Of a stretch of DNA of 64,000 nucleotides, positions 27,459 to 37,259 are shown piece by piece. Position 1 is the first letter of the stretch, and each line of letters opens with the position of its first letter. Both the position numbers and the translations under genes were made by a program. The stretch is taken from the sequence record NC_049850.1; one strand, written 5' to 3'. Below the pieces are notes generated by a model. It ran no database searches. It saw nothing but the letters and a program-made list of their open reading frames with translations, and was not told the origin of the DNA.

Positions 27459-28393
27459 TTAGCTGCCTTTATAAGCTGATTGCGCCCCTCTGCGGTGCGG
27501 CGTTTCTGTGCAGCGCTCATAAGAGCACGAGTCTCGTCTGAAAATTCACGGCCCTTCTGCTTTAGGCTTTGCTGCTCGCGATTCTCTTTCGACTCCCAGC
27601 GCTTCAGGGCTGCTTCACGCAGCTTGGCACGGTGTTCTTCAGACTTCGGGCGACCACGTATCTTGTCCGCCTGTTTGGCTATGGCTTCAGGTGTCTTGAC
27701 CTGACCACGCGACGCCTCCGCAAGTCTCGCACGATGGCTGGCAGATTTCGGCTTGCCCTTCAGGGCAGCACTGCGGCGGGCACGAATCGCTTCCGTCTGA
27801 ACAACGTGGGAGCCGCCCTCACCTCCGTCAGTCCCGTTTGTGAGTGGGCCTAGACCCACGTCCCTGCGCCCTATAGCCGCTATCAGAAAGCACTCTTTGG
27901 CTAGGGCCACTGCCTCGATGTCGCCCAAGGTAAGCTGGACAGCGATGGGTTCCACGCCATCGCGATGCAACTTGCGGATCACGTTTGCCTTGAACTTACC
28001 TTCCTCCGGAACCGGATTAAGGCGGGCGTGATCTGCATGATCGTTCAGGCGGCCACCTGTTCCCTTGCCAACATAAAAGGGCTCGTGGGTCAGTGTTACG
28101 CGCTTGCCCGCAGGTAGTGTGTATAGGAACGGCCCGGGCCTGCTTGGATTAAGCAGGGCGTACACGTAGTAGCGTGGTTCCAGCGATAGTGACTTTCGGC
28201 GCATGCTTGCTGCTGCCTGCTCGTGCAGCGCGCGTGCCTTAGCGGCCACACGCCCCACGTACGACCCGGGTGACGCCCCTGCAACGTATGTTTTCAGGGC
28301 GGCGTCCACTTCGGCGGTGCTTGCGTGTTTGACTTGTTGGTCAGCCGCCATAGGACTTGGCGGTGTCTTGGTAATAGTCCGAGGACGGAGCAT
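27455..28393 (-). mobile_element. GIY-YIG homing endonuclease with NUMOD3 repeats (start uncertain)
   Basis: YYVYALL...FYVGKG..R; LTNGTDGGEG; KPKSASHRARL / RPKSEEHRAKL repeats. Confidence 0.85.
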
Positions 28394-28850
28394 ACCGGTA
28401 GTCGCGCGTAAGCTGCACTTCGTGGCTGAACGTGAGCATGCGACGGTCGATGGTGCCGAGCACGTGCGTGATGCTGTTGACGAACGTGCGGACGTGGCGC
28501 TTGAGCGGGACCATATGCGGCACCAGCACCATGTGCGGGAAGTAGAGATTCCCGTAGAACTCGTTCGGAGCCTCTTCGCGCAGGTCTTGAGCCCGAGTCA
28601 GCAGATCACCGCTGGACAGCGGCAGGATCAGCGACGAGTCACCGAGGGCCGTGTCGTACCAGATGCCCATATAGCCGGGCCGCGCGCGATACACCGCACC
28701 CGTGTCGTCGAGCTTCATTTCGGTCTCGGAGATATTGAGCGAGACATAGGCCGCATCGAAGTTCACCTCGAACGGGCAACCGTTGAACACGGTGCGCAAG
28801 TAGTCCAGAGTTTCGTTCGTGGGGAGGGCCATCGTTTCGTACAGTTTCAT
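28341..28850 (-). CDS. 2H-phosphoesterase-fold protein resembling T4 gp57B/Acb1, with altered catalytic motifs
   Basis: ETLDYL, AYVSLNISE, GIW...SLILPLSS..L.TR, YFPHMVL parallel the Acb1 layout (recalled, not aligned computationally). Confidence 0.55.
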   Translation of the reverse strand: MKLYETMALPTNETLDYLRTVFNGCPFEVNFDAAYVSLNISETEMKLDDTGAVYRARPGYMGIWYDTALGDSSLILPLSSGDLLTRAQDLREEAPNEFYGNLYFPHMVLVPHMVPLKRHVRTFVNSITHVLGTIDRRMLTFSHEVQLTRDYRYAPSSDYYQDTAKSYGG

Positions 28851-28860
28851 TCATTCACCT

Positions 28861-29841
28861 TTAACAGAAGCCCCAGTTACGCAGTTGCAGACTGCGACCG
28901 GAGAAAGCGGACGCGAAATCGTCCAGTTCAGACTCACGCATGATCCAGTACCACGAGGCACCAGCGTGCGGCATGGGACGCGAGGTCACGGTCGCGTAGC
29001 GCTGTTTCGTTTCCTTGCGGATTCGCTTGAGCACTCCATCGACAGTGAGGTTCGATTTCGGGTTGATGCTGATCAGAACCTGATCGCGCAGCACCACGTA
29101 GCCACCCAGACTGTCGAACTTGAACCCCCGGGCACGCAGTATCCGGTCGTCCATGATCGTAGCCGGAACGGGCACCACGGAAGTGCGGCCCATAGTGAAC
29201 GCGTGATCCGGATTGCACTTGGGCAATGAGTCACGTGCCCCCGTGACCGAGTTTATCACGTCCCCCAGATTGGAGGCAAATACAGGGTCTTTCAACTCGG
29301 ACTCGGACAGGCGATCACCCGGGCCGTCATAGCGGTCACCGGATAGCAGCAGACTCTGTTCTTGCAGACGGGCAACCGACGCGCGGTACAGGTCTTCGAG
29401 CAGAGAACGCCATTTGCTGATGGCGGACAAATCGACAGAACTCTCGTTCAATTCGCCAAGGTAGGCAATTTCGCGAAGGCTTGTCAATTCGTTCTTGACT
29501 GCGCGCAGCGCGACGCTGGTGCCCTGCGGCAGGCCACGTGCACGGAACTCGCGTACGGCCTTCAGCGCGTCGGTCAGGCGCTTCATCTGGCGCTCCTTGC
29601 TGACGGAGCCCATGCCCGGCAGTCGTCGGAACGCAGTATTCGAATCGTCGAGCAGTGCTCGGATGTCGTCCACTCGTTTTTGCAGCCCGTCGATGATCTG
29701 GCGGGGCTCCTTACCGTTCTTCGATCCGAGTTGCAGCATCGGTATCAGCTTACCAAGCTGAGACTGGTTCTTCGCAGTCAGGCCGTTGCGCGCCTGCATG
29801 CGGTCGAACGTCGAATCGACGACGCGCTGATTGTTTTCCAT
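28861..29841 (-). CDS. hypothetical protein
   Basis: 326-aa ORF. Confidence 0.8.
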   Translation of the reverse strand: MENNQRVVDSTFDRMQARNGLTAKNQSQLGKLIPMLQLGSKNGKEPRQIIDGLQKRVDDIRALLDDSNTAFRRLPGMGSVSKERQMKRLTDALKAVREFRARGLPQGTSVALRAVKNELTSLREIAYLGELNESSVDLSAISKWRSLLEDLYRASVARLQEQSLLLSGDRYDGPGDRLSESELKDPVFASNLGDVINSVTGARDSLPKCNPDHAFTMGRTSVVPVPATIMDDRILRARGFKFDSLGGYVVLRDQVLISINPKSNLTVDGVLKRIRKETKQRYATVTSRPMPHAGASWYWIMRESELDDFASAFSGRSLQLRNWGFC

Positions 29842-29882
29842 GGATAGCGTGAGTCCCTATGAAATTCAGGTGTATAAACGGC

Positions 29883-29919
29883 AGAAGGGGGCTCTGCGTC
29901 AACCACAGAGCCCCCTTCT
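29883..29919 (-). terminator. strong terminator after the H1-like gene
   Basis: 14-bp stem AGAAGGGGGCTCTG/CAGAGCCCCCTTCT. Confidence 0.8.
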
Positions 29920-29951
29920 TAGCTTAGCGCTTCAGGCGCGGCGTCCGATGC

Positions 29952-30419
29952 TTACAGCAGGTCGTACGTTTCGCCCTTCGTTGCTGCGGCCTTCGGAGCC
30001 TTCGCTGCCTTTGCCGGTGCTGCCTTCGGTGCAGCGGCCTTCGGTGCAGCGGCCTTCTTCGCTGCCTTCGGTGCCTTTGCCGGAGCGGCGGCCTTCGCTG
30101 CCTTTGCCGGAGCGGCTGCGACCTTGCGCTTCGATGCCGGAACGTCGGCGTCCGATGCCTTCGCCTTCTTCGCGACCGGAGCGGCCTTCGCTGCCTTTGC
30201 CGGTGCTGCCTTCTTGGCGGCCGGTGCAGCCTTCGTCTTTGCTGCTGCGGCCACGGCCGTCAGCTTCGCGACTTGTGCTTCCAGCTTGGCGATCTGCTTG
30301 GCTTGCGCGCCGATGGTCTTCTCCGATGCTGCTGCGCCCTTTGCTGCGTCCTTCAGGATTGCCGAGACTGCCGGTGCTGCTGCGACCTTCGTTGCTGCTG
30401 CCTTTGCGATACGTGCCAT
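29952..30419 (-). CDS. histone H1-like Ala/Lys/Pro-rich DNA-binding protein
   Basis: AKAAK/PKAAK repeats, short coiled coil; ends GETYDLL. Confidence 0.8.
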   Translation of the reverse strand: MARIAKAAATKVAAAPAVSAILKDAAKGAAASEKTIGAQAKQIAKLEAQVAKLTAVAAAAKTKAAPAAKKAAPAKAAKAAPVAKKAKASDADVPASKRKVAAAPAKAAKAAAPAKAPKAAKKAAAPKAAAPKAAPAKAAKAPKAAATKGETYDLL

Positions 30420-30584
30420 GATTGTACTTCCTTCTAACGAGTTGATGAGGTTTTGAAGAGGTGCCGAATTCGTTTCGACTACACTCTCTTTACTACAGGT
30501 TGAAATTGCGTTTTGTGCAATCCCGAAAAGAGAGCGTAGTATCTCACACTTCCGGGAAGCACACAACAATTATTTCAACTTTCT

Positions 30585-31988
30585 TTACAGGGCGTTGCTG
30601 AAAAGCGACACCTTGTCCGACTGCTTGAAACTGCGCTTCGCGCTCTTGGCCACGTCGACTGCCGAGCGGGCCAGTGCTACCACCGGCTCCGAGTTCGGGA
30701 TCGTCGGGATCACGACTGCGATAGCGGTGCTGCCGCCTACCTTGATGAACGACTGCTCGCCCACCTTGAACGGTTGCAGCAGACCCAGTTCCGAGAAGCG
30801 AACCTTGCCAGCGCTTTCCAGCGCCTCTTCGTGAACGTCAAGCGTCGTGCCGTCGAAGAAGTTGACCCGGACGATCCCTTCGGCCACGCGTGTCACCACT
30901 TGGCCGAGGCCCTGCACCGAGTGGCGGACGGCGGCACCGAGTGCGAAGCCGGTTTCCGGATAACGCGGGTTCGTCAGGTTCAGGCCCATCGGGTCCAGAA
31001 TCTGGGTTCCCGTGTTCTGGATCACGGCATCGTCCGTCTCGCTGATACCGCCCACGATCACCAGAACGTCGCCGACAGTATCGCCCGGGTACGTGGCGAA
31101 CAGCGCCTTCGAGATAGCGCCACCGACCTTACCGTCCTTCGTCTCGACGTGATCACCGATCAGGAAGCCGTAGCGTGCTGCGAGAACGTCTTCGGCACTC
31201 CATTCGGTTCCACGGCTGGTCTGCTGGAGCGACAGCGGCTTGATCAGTGCTTCCGGGGGCACCCCCTCGATCTCGACACCCTTCGACAGGACGCGGGCCT
31301 GAGCAGCCGTGTACGGATTGCCTTCGAGGCCGACCGGAGTGCCCGCGTCTTGTGCCAGCGTCACGCCCTGAGCCGTGATAGCCGCCACGTAGAACAGGCC
31401 GACAGCATCCTGAACGCCCTTGCCGATGGCGGCGGTCGACGCGCGGTCGACGAGAACCAGATCGTCGAGAGCGATTCCCAGCTTTTCGAGGCGCTTTTCG
31501 ACACGGCGCAGGGCCTTTGCGTCGGAATTCAGGCTGTCAGCCGTTGCATCGGCCTCGATTGCGAGGAAGTACGGGAGTGCTTCCTTGTTGTCGACGATTG
31601 CGTACAGCTTGTCACGCTTGACGAATGCGAGAACACGCGCGCCGTCGATCTTCTGGCCCGGCTTGAAGCCGCGCTCGATTGCGTCTGCCTCGGCGGCCCG
31701 CAGATCGATGTTTGCCGCCTTGATCTCTTCTTCGCTCAGCTTGGTAAGGCGACCGAAGTCGTCATCCGTCGACACGATCAGTTGAACCGAGAGGTCCGTG
31801 TAGTCAGCGATGATCACGTTCGTGGTTCCAGCCTTCTTGTCGTTCAGGACTTCGAGGACGAGGACCGGAACCGCGCCGAGCGTGACGCCGTTACCGTCTG
31901 CGTGATACCGGGCCGACACCAGACCATGGACCGTACCGACCGTGATACCGTACTGCTCTTGAACCTTCTTTTCAAACTTCTTCGACAT
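30585..31988 (-). CDS. hypothetical protein (467 aa)
   Basis: Long ORF with GGAG RBS. Confidence 0.85.
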   Translation of the reverse strand: MSKKFEKKVQEQYGITVGTVHGLVSARYHADGNGVTLGAVPVLVLEVLNDKKAGTTNVIIADYTDLSVQLIVSTDDDFGRLTKLSEEEIKAANIDLRAAEADAIERGFKPGQKIDGARVLAFVKRDKLYAIVDNKEALPYFLAIEADATADSLNSDAKALRRVEKRLEKLGIALDDLVLVDRASTAAIGKGVQDAVGLFYVAAITAQGVTLAQDAGTPVGLEGNPYTAAQARVLSKGVEIEGVPPEALIKPLSLQQTSRGTEWSAEDVLAARYGFLIGDHVETKDGKVGGAISKALFATYPGDTVGDVLVIVGGISETDDAVIQNTGTQILDPMGLNLTNPRYPETGFALGAAVRHSVQGLGQVVTRVAEGIVRVNFFDGTTLDVHEEALESAGKVRFSELGLLQPFKVGEQSFIKVGGSTAIAVVIPTIPNSEPVVALARSAVDVAKSAKRSFKQSDKVSLFSNAL

Positions 31989-32070
31989 GCTTCTGTTTCT
32001 CCGTTTCGGATTAAAGCCAGATGTTTGGATCGGGTATCTGGCACATCCCGTTTGCAACAGCGAGGATTGA

Positions 32071-32099
32071 ACTATATCAAGCACAATCCTCACCGTCAA
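32071..32099 (-). promoter_or_regulatory. sigma70-like promoter
   Basis: TTGACG-N17-TATAGT. Confidence 0.75.
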
Positions 32100-32106
32100 C
32101 TCCTTT

Positions 32107-33624
32107 TTACACAACTTTGAACTTTTGCGACGCCTTTGCAGATTCGTACGCGCGGTCCTTCTCGATTGCGGGGATCAGGCTCTCCAGATCGGCCAGAATC
32201 TTGCCCTTCGGCTTCTTCTGCCACGAGCCGAGTTGCTTCAGGTGCGCCTGCTGCTCCTTCAGCTTGATCTTCATCTGCTCTTGATCCATGCGCGACCACC
32301 GACGCGTCGGCAGATCGAGAAGCTGCTTGGCCTGTTCAGCCGTCACCTTCATCAACTTGACGAGCATCGCGTCCGGGTCTTTCGCTTTAAGGGCCTTCAT
32401 CAGCGAATCGACGTGATCGACAGCGTAGATCAAGAGTTCCGTGTACGCAATAGCGGCCTCTTGCTTCTTGATCCGGTACGCCAACGATTTCAGTTCGAGT
32501 TCGGTGCGCAATTCGAGCCACTTCTTCAGCAACTCAGGAATCGAGAGCGATAGGAAGTGGGTTTCGAAGTCGATCTTGCCATCGTTCTCGATGACTTCGC
32601 GCAGCGTCACGTTGATCTTGAACGAACGGTTCTGAAGCGTGGCCTTTCGTACCTTCTCGACGAATTTGTCAAACTGCGCGTAGTTGTACGCGGGTTTGCA
32701 CTCGATGGAGTAGGTGGTGCTCCCCTTCGAGTTGTAGCAGCGCTGCGTCTCCGGGAACGTGCGTACCTTCTGCACGAACTTCTCGACGTTGGTGCCCGGG
32801 GGCCAATCACTGATCGTGATCCGCTTGTTATCGCGGTCGATATCGAGCAGAGATTCGAACTGCACCTTACCCTTGCTCGTCTCGAACATGGAGAGCCAAC
32901 CCTTCTGGTTCTCCTTGGTCTTGACGAGTTGGCCACCGTACTTGTGCGAGTACTTCAGCGTCTTCGCGTAGTCACGCGCCGTCAGGTCTTCACCCTTCAG
33001 CATCCGTTGCAGGATCGCTACCACGGATTCCGGTGTGAACGTCGGCAGGTGCGTCGTGATGCCGACGCCGATACCCTCACCGCCGTTCAGCAACACGTTC
33101 GGAAGCTGGGCCGGAAGCGTCACCGGCTCGATCTCCGAATCATCGAAGTTCGGGACGAACGTCGTCACGTCCTTGTGGATGTAGTCCGGTTGCATGAACG
33201 ACAGCCCGTACTGGCTCATGCGTGTGTTCGTGTATCGCGCGGCTGCTGCACCGTCGACCATCGAACCCCAGTTGCCGTCACCCAGCATTGTCGGGCTGCT
33301 CTGGTTCACGAGCGTGACCAGTGCATCGTATGCCGCGCCGTCACCGTGCGGGTGGTACTTACCGATCACGTCACCAACGAGGCGCGCCGATTTGATGAAA
33401 CGCTTCTCCTGATGGGATGCAGCCCACAGGATACGGCGGTGCACTGGTTTCAGGCCGTCGAACAGGTCGGGAACCGAACGGTCGAGGTTCACGGTCACGC
33501 CGTAGACCTTCATGTTGCGGTTGCCGAAATCGCGCAGCGTCTCGTGGCCGAGGTTGCGGTCTTCACCGGGGGCCCGGGCCGAAGCCCCCTTCTTCGTCTT
33601 CAACGTATCCTTCTTCGTTGCCAT
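32107..33624 (-). CDS. gyrA: type IIA DNA topoisomerase, GyrA/ParC-like subunit without a pinwheel CTD
   Basis: DGLKPVHRRIL, YHPHGD, GNWGS...AAARYT (catalytic Tyr), NGGEGIGVG. Confidence 0.93.
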   Translation of the reverse strand: MATKKDTLKTKKGASARAPGEDRNLGHETLRDFGNRNMKVYGVTVNLDRSVPDLFDGLKPVHRRILWAASHQEKRFIKSARLVGDVIGKYHPHGDGAAYDALVTLVNQSSPTMLGDGNWGSMVDGAAAARYTNTRMSQYGLSFMQPDYIHKDVTTFVPNFDDSEIEPVTLPAQLPNVLLNGGEGIGVGITTHLPTFTPESVVAILQRMLKGEDLTARDYAKTLKYSHKYGGQLVKTKENQKGWLSMFETSKGKVQFESLLDIDRDNKRITISDWPPGTNVEKFVQKVRTFPETQRCYNSKGSTTYSIECKPAYNYAQFDKFVEKVRKATLQNRSFKINVTLREVIENDGKIDFETHFLSLSIPELLKKWLELRTELELKSLAYRIKKQEAAIAYTELLIYAVDHVDSLMKALKAKDPDAMLVKLMKVTAEQAKQLLDLPTRRWSRMDQEQMKIKLKEQQAHLKQLGSWQKKPKGKILADLESLIPAIEKDRAYESAKASQKFKVV

Positions 33625-36203
33625 TACTTCGCCTTCTTCGATGCGACCTTCTTAGCCGCAGGTTTAGCCGTTGCTGCTTCCTTCTTTACTGCAACCTTCT
33701 TGACAGCAGGTTTGGCCGGAGCCTCGTCTTCGTCGGCCGCGCTGTCGCTCGGGAGACCCAGCATCTGGCGTCGGTAGTCCACGTCGTCGGCCATCAGCTT
33801 CACGAAGTCCACGTGATCAGCGTCACCTAGCGGCTTGATCTTGATCATGTGTCGCGTGTCCGGGTCCATGATGAGAGTCCGAATCAGACCTTCGTTCATT
33901 TCCCCGTAGCCCTTGACGTGGCGCACGTCCACGTTCTTGATGCCCTTGGCGGCCAGCTTGCGCTGCACTTCACCGAGCGTCGCGCCCACGAACAACTCGC
34001 CCTTCGCCTCAGCGTAGAACTCTGGTGCGTTTGCCACGTACACCATGCCGCGCTCGAACAGGCCGGGCAAGAACTTGTACATCAGCGCCAGAAGCAGGCT
34101 GTTGATGTGACAGTTCGCGCTCATGATGCCGGAAGGAAGCATGAAGTGGTGATACTTCGGGACCGTCAGGCAGTACACAGGCACCGGCTCCGCTTGCTCC
34201 TGCACACGCAGTTTCGAGACGGCCACGAAACCAAGGCCCGTGCTCTTGTCCTGCTTGTTCCAGTCGCGCTTGTCCAGCTTGTCGTTGTACGGGTAGTACA
34301 GGCGGTCACCGATACGCATGTCGCGCGCACGGCAGAACGCGAGGTCCGCGTTGCCCGGGAACGGGAGCAGTTCGCGGCCACGGTTGGCTTGCGTCCGGAT
34401 CACCACGAATTTGTGGTCTTCGCTAACGCGGTACTTCGTGCCATGTGCCTCGATTGCCACCAGCTTCGTGACGTTGCGAACCAGCGATGCCGTGGCCGGT
34501 GCCCAGATTTCGCGGCCGTGGTGGAAGACCGGGACCTCGAAGCCGTTCGGGTTGCGCGACAGCGACTCGATGCTCACCTGATGCGGTTCGGCACCAAGAT
34601 CACCGTCATCCTGACGACGTACAGTGATCATGGTTTCCCCGACGAACGGGCCGTCCGGGTCCGGGTCGGCCAGACAGATGATCTTGCCGACTTGCAGCTT
34701 GGTCATCGGGTCTGCGGCGTTCACGTCATATCCAATCGCGGCCAGAATGTTCAGAATTTCTTCTGATTCGAGAGCCTTTTCCGGTTGGCGCAAGGCGTTC
34801 AAAACCTTCCCACGCAGCGGCAGAATCGCCTGATACGGGAAGCGCGCTTCCCGCACCTTACCGGCCGCAGAATCCCCTTCCAGCAGGAACAGTTCGCGAT
34901 GCTCGACCTTGGTCTTCAGGTCGTACGACGCGTACTTGGCAGGCAGGCCCTGACGCTTGATCTTGTTCAGGTCCGTAGCCGCCTTTTTAGACATCACGAA
35001 CTTGGTCTTGAGTTCGGAGACTCGCGACGCACGATCCGCGATGCGTTGTGCCAGCGCCTTGTTCCCGTTGAAGAACTTGGTCGCGGCCGCCACGAGCATG
35101 GCCTCGAAGGGCTCACCCGCCCGGTCGTCTGCAAGCTTCGCCTTGTCCTGCGACGTGAACGTTGCCTTCGACAGGTACATGTTGACGAGGCCGACCATGC
35201 CATCCTTCAGATCGGGCTCGCGGAACGCGGGGACTTCCTTGGGCTTGCCGTCGACCTTGATCTTCTTGGTCTTGATCCACGGCTTGAGTGCAGTGTACAG
35301 CGCACCAGACACAGCATCGACGTGCTTACCGCCGCTCGATTGGTGCAGGCCGTTCGTGTAGCCCTTGACCTGATAGCCTTCTGCGTTCGTGAACGCGACG
35401 ATCACGTCCGCCAGCGCCGACTTGTATTCGAACATGTCGCGCTCGCCTTCGCACTTCAGTTCGGTCAGCGTCTTTTCGATGTACTCGACAGGGCCGCGCT
35501 TGCTGAAGAACTCCTTCATGCCCTTCGCGTTGCCGATGGCGACGCGGAAGCCCGGCGTCAGATAGGCTGCGAGTTCAGCCCATTGCGTCGCGACCGATGA
35601 CGGGAACGACTTGGCGCTGAACACCTTGTAGTTCGGGAGAACCTTGATCAGCGTGCCCTTCTCAGCCTTAGTGCCGTCCCACTTCTTGGGGGCGGACTTC
35701 AGCTTCGTGACTTCGGTAGCCAGATGGCCGTTCTTGAACGCGATGTAGTACCACGAACCTTCGAAGAAAGTCCACACTTCCATCGAATCGGACAGCGCGT
35801 TCGTGGCCTTGACGCCTACGCCGTGCGTGCCGCGCGAGGCCGCGTATGCGGCATCCGCCTCGAACTTGCCGGACGTGTGCAGTTCCCCGAAGATGGCCTG
35901 CATCGTCGGCGTCTTGATGGTGGTCTTCTTGCCGTTGATCACCATGCTGTGCGTCTTGATACCCTGCGGGATACCGTTCGCATCGTCGGACACCCAGAAG
36001 GTGCCGTTGTCCGCAAACAGCGTGACGCTCGTGCCACGGCCCGCCAAATGCTCGTCGATTGCGTTGTCCAGCATTTCCCGGACGATGACCCAGAGCGCCG
36101 AGGCATCGGTGCCCCCGATGTACATGCCGGGATTCGCGATGATGTTGTCGGGGAACCGAAGTGTTGTGATGTCAGTACTGTCGTACTTCTTCTTAGTTGC
36201 CAT
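33624..36203 (-). CDS. gyrB: type IIA DNA topoisomerase, GyrB/ParE-like subunit with an intein
   Basis: PGMYIG, EMLDNAIDE, ELHTSGKF, GTHGVGVKATNALS, EGDSA, PLRGKVLN, DPDPDG|intein|CHI, KGYGEMN. Confidence 0.95.
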   Translation of the reverse strand: MATKKKYDSTDITTLRFPDNIIANPGMYIGGTDASALWVIVREMLDNAIDEHLAGRGTSVTLFADNGTFWVSDDANGIPQGIKTHSMVINGKKTTIKTPTMQAIFGELHTSGKFEADAAYAASRGTHGVGVKATNALSDSMEVWTFFEGSWYYIAFKNGHLATEVTKLKSAPKKWDGTKAEKGTLIKVLPNYKVFSAKSFPSSVATQWAELAAYLTPGFRVAIGNAKGMKEFFSKRGPVEYIEKTLTELKCEGERDMFEYKSALADVIVAFTNAEGYQVKGYTNGLHQSSGGKHVDAVSGALYTALKPWIKTKKIKVDGKPKEVPAFREPDLKDGMVGLVNMYLSKATFTSQDKAKLADDRAGEPFEAMLVAAATKFFNGNKALAQRIADRASRVSELKTKFVMSKKAATDLNKIKRQGLPAKYASYDLKTKVEHRELFLLEGDSAAGKVREARFPYQAILPLRGKVLNALRQPEKALESEEILNILAAIGYDVNAADPMTKLQVGKIICLADPDPDGPFVGETMITVRRQDDGDLGAEPHQVSIESLSRNPNGFEVPVFHHGREIWAPATASLVRNVTKLVAIEAHGTKYRVSEDHKFVVIRTQANRGRELLPFPGNADLAFCRARDMRIGDRLYYPYNDKLDKRDWNKQDKSTGLGFVAVSKLRVQEQAEPVPVYCLTVPKYHHFMLPSGIMSANCHINSLLLALMYKFLPGLFERGMVYVANAPEFYAEAKGELFVGATLGEVQRKLAAKGIKNVDVRHVKGYGEMNEGLIRTLIMDPDTRHMIKIKPLGDADHVDFVKLMADDVDYRRQMLGLPSDSAADEDEAPAKPAVKKVAVKKEAATAKPAAKKVASKKAK
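34113..34649 (-). mobile_element. mini-intein (179 aa), class-3-like
   Basis: Starts PFVGET after DPDPDG; block B SEDHKF; block F VYCLTV; ends GIMSAN before +1 Cys; too short for an endonuclease domain. Confidence 0.85.
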
Positions 36204-37101
36204 TGTCAAAAATCTCCAGCTTCAGAAGGTTCAGCACTGCGCGGATATCCTTTTCATAATTCATGGGTTCGACCACGAAGGTTGAGTTTTCGACACGGGA
36301 CCTCAACTGCTTGAGGCTCATGTCGGATGAGTTGCCCTTAGCGCAATTAGCGCGGGCGTCAAGAACGCGAAGGTTCTCGGGATGGCAGATAAGAGCCAGC
36401 GGCACCGGCTCTTTACGACGAAGCCGACCGCCGTCGTCCAACATGCGCCAGTATCCGTTGTACACGGAAAATATGTGGTCGATATGATCATAGGCACCAC
36501 GCTTTTTGTCAAGCTGCGTGCGTTCAGCAACCAGACGCGTGAAAAGCTTGATAGCTGCACGGTACTGCGTGTAGCTCATGGCGCTCACGTCCATGCCAAG
36601 GTACTTGTTCCACGTGATGTATGACAGTTCCGAACGGATGTAGCTGCTATGCGTGCGTTCGGTCTTTCGAACAACACGGCGTCGCTTGTCCTTGGCATAG
36701 CCAAGTTCCTCCGTGAAGAACTGAACCACGGCCTCTATGTTCAGGCCAAGAAACTTAGCCAGCACATAGGTGCCGATGTCGTATTGATCATGGGCTTTCT
36801 TCAAGGCTTTAGCGTTCTTGCGCATGTACTCAAGCTGCTCTTCAAAGCGGCCGTAATGCGAGCGCGTATCGATCCCGTACGCCTTCATCTTCGCCTGCAC
36901 CAGCGAGTGACCAACGCCCAACGCTTCCGCGATCTCGCGAAGGGTCAATTGCTGCTTGCAATACAGATCACGGAGGTGCGCTTCCGTGATCTGGCGGCCC
37001 CACCGACCGTTCTTCGACTTCTCGTACACAACACCTTGGACCGAAACGCAGTCCCCAACCTTCCCATCGCTGTTAAGCGGAATCGTCTTCATCTTTTTCA
37101 T
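36193..37101 (-). mobile_element. free-standing HNH homing endonuclease with HTH DNA-binding repeats
   Basis: LTLREIAEALGVG HTH; HIDHIFS...HPENLRVL...NCAKG; lower GC. Confidence 0.8.
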
Positions 37102-37117
37102 AGCAATCCAATGTACA

Positions 37118-37258
37118 TTACCGGGTTGCTATAAAATTGGTGTTCTCCGGATGGCGATTCCAGCGGTTTTTAATGGGAAAAGCAGCAAGTTCAGGAAAGC
37201 GCAGGGTGTTGATATCTGCGCTATCGTATTTCTTGGACTGCTTCTTCACTTCAGCCAT
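37118..37258 (-). pseudogene. vestigial 5' end of gyrB (46-aa ORF; not in the ORF track)
   Basis: MAEVKKQSKKYDSADINTLRFPE matches the gyrB start MATKKKYDSTDITTLRFPD. Confidence 0.75.
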
Positions 37259-37259
37259 T

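Noticed and set aside
27436-28345. Possible duplicated gene start around the GIY-YIG insertion (AAGTCAAACACG vs AAGTCAAGCACG)
   Set aside because: Only ~12 nt and needs an indel; could be chance, unlike the gyrB case
36193-37258. Group I intron or T4 gene-60-like ribosomal bypass joining the stub to gyrB
   Set aside because: Only ~80 nt lie outside the HNH ORF (too little for a ribozyme core), the gap is ~1 kb, and the downstream gyrB has its own complete start and RBS
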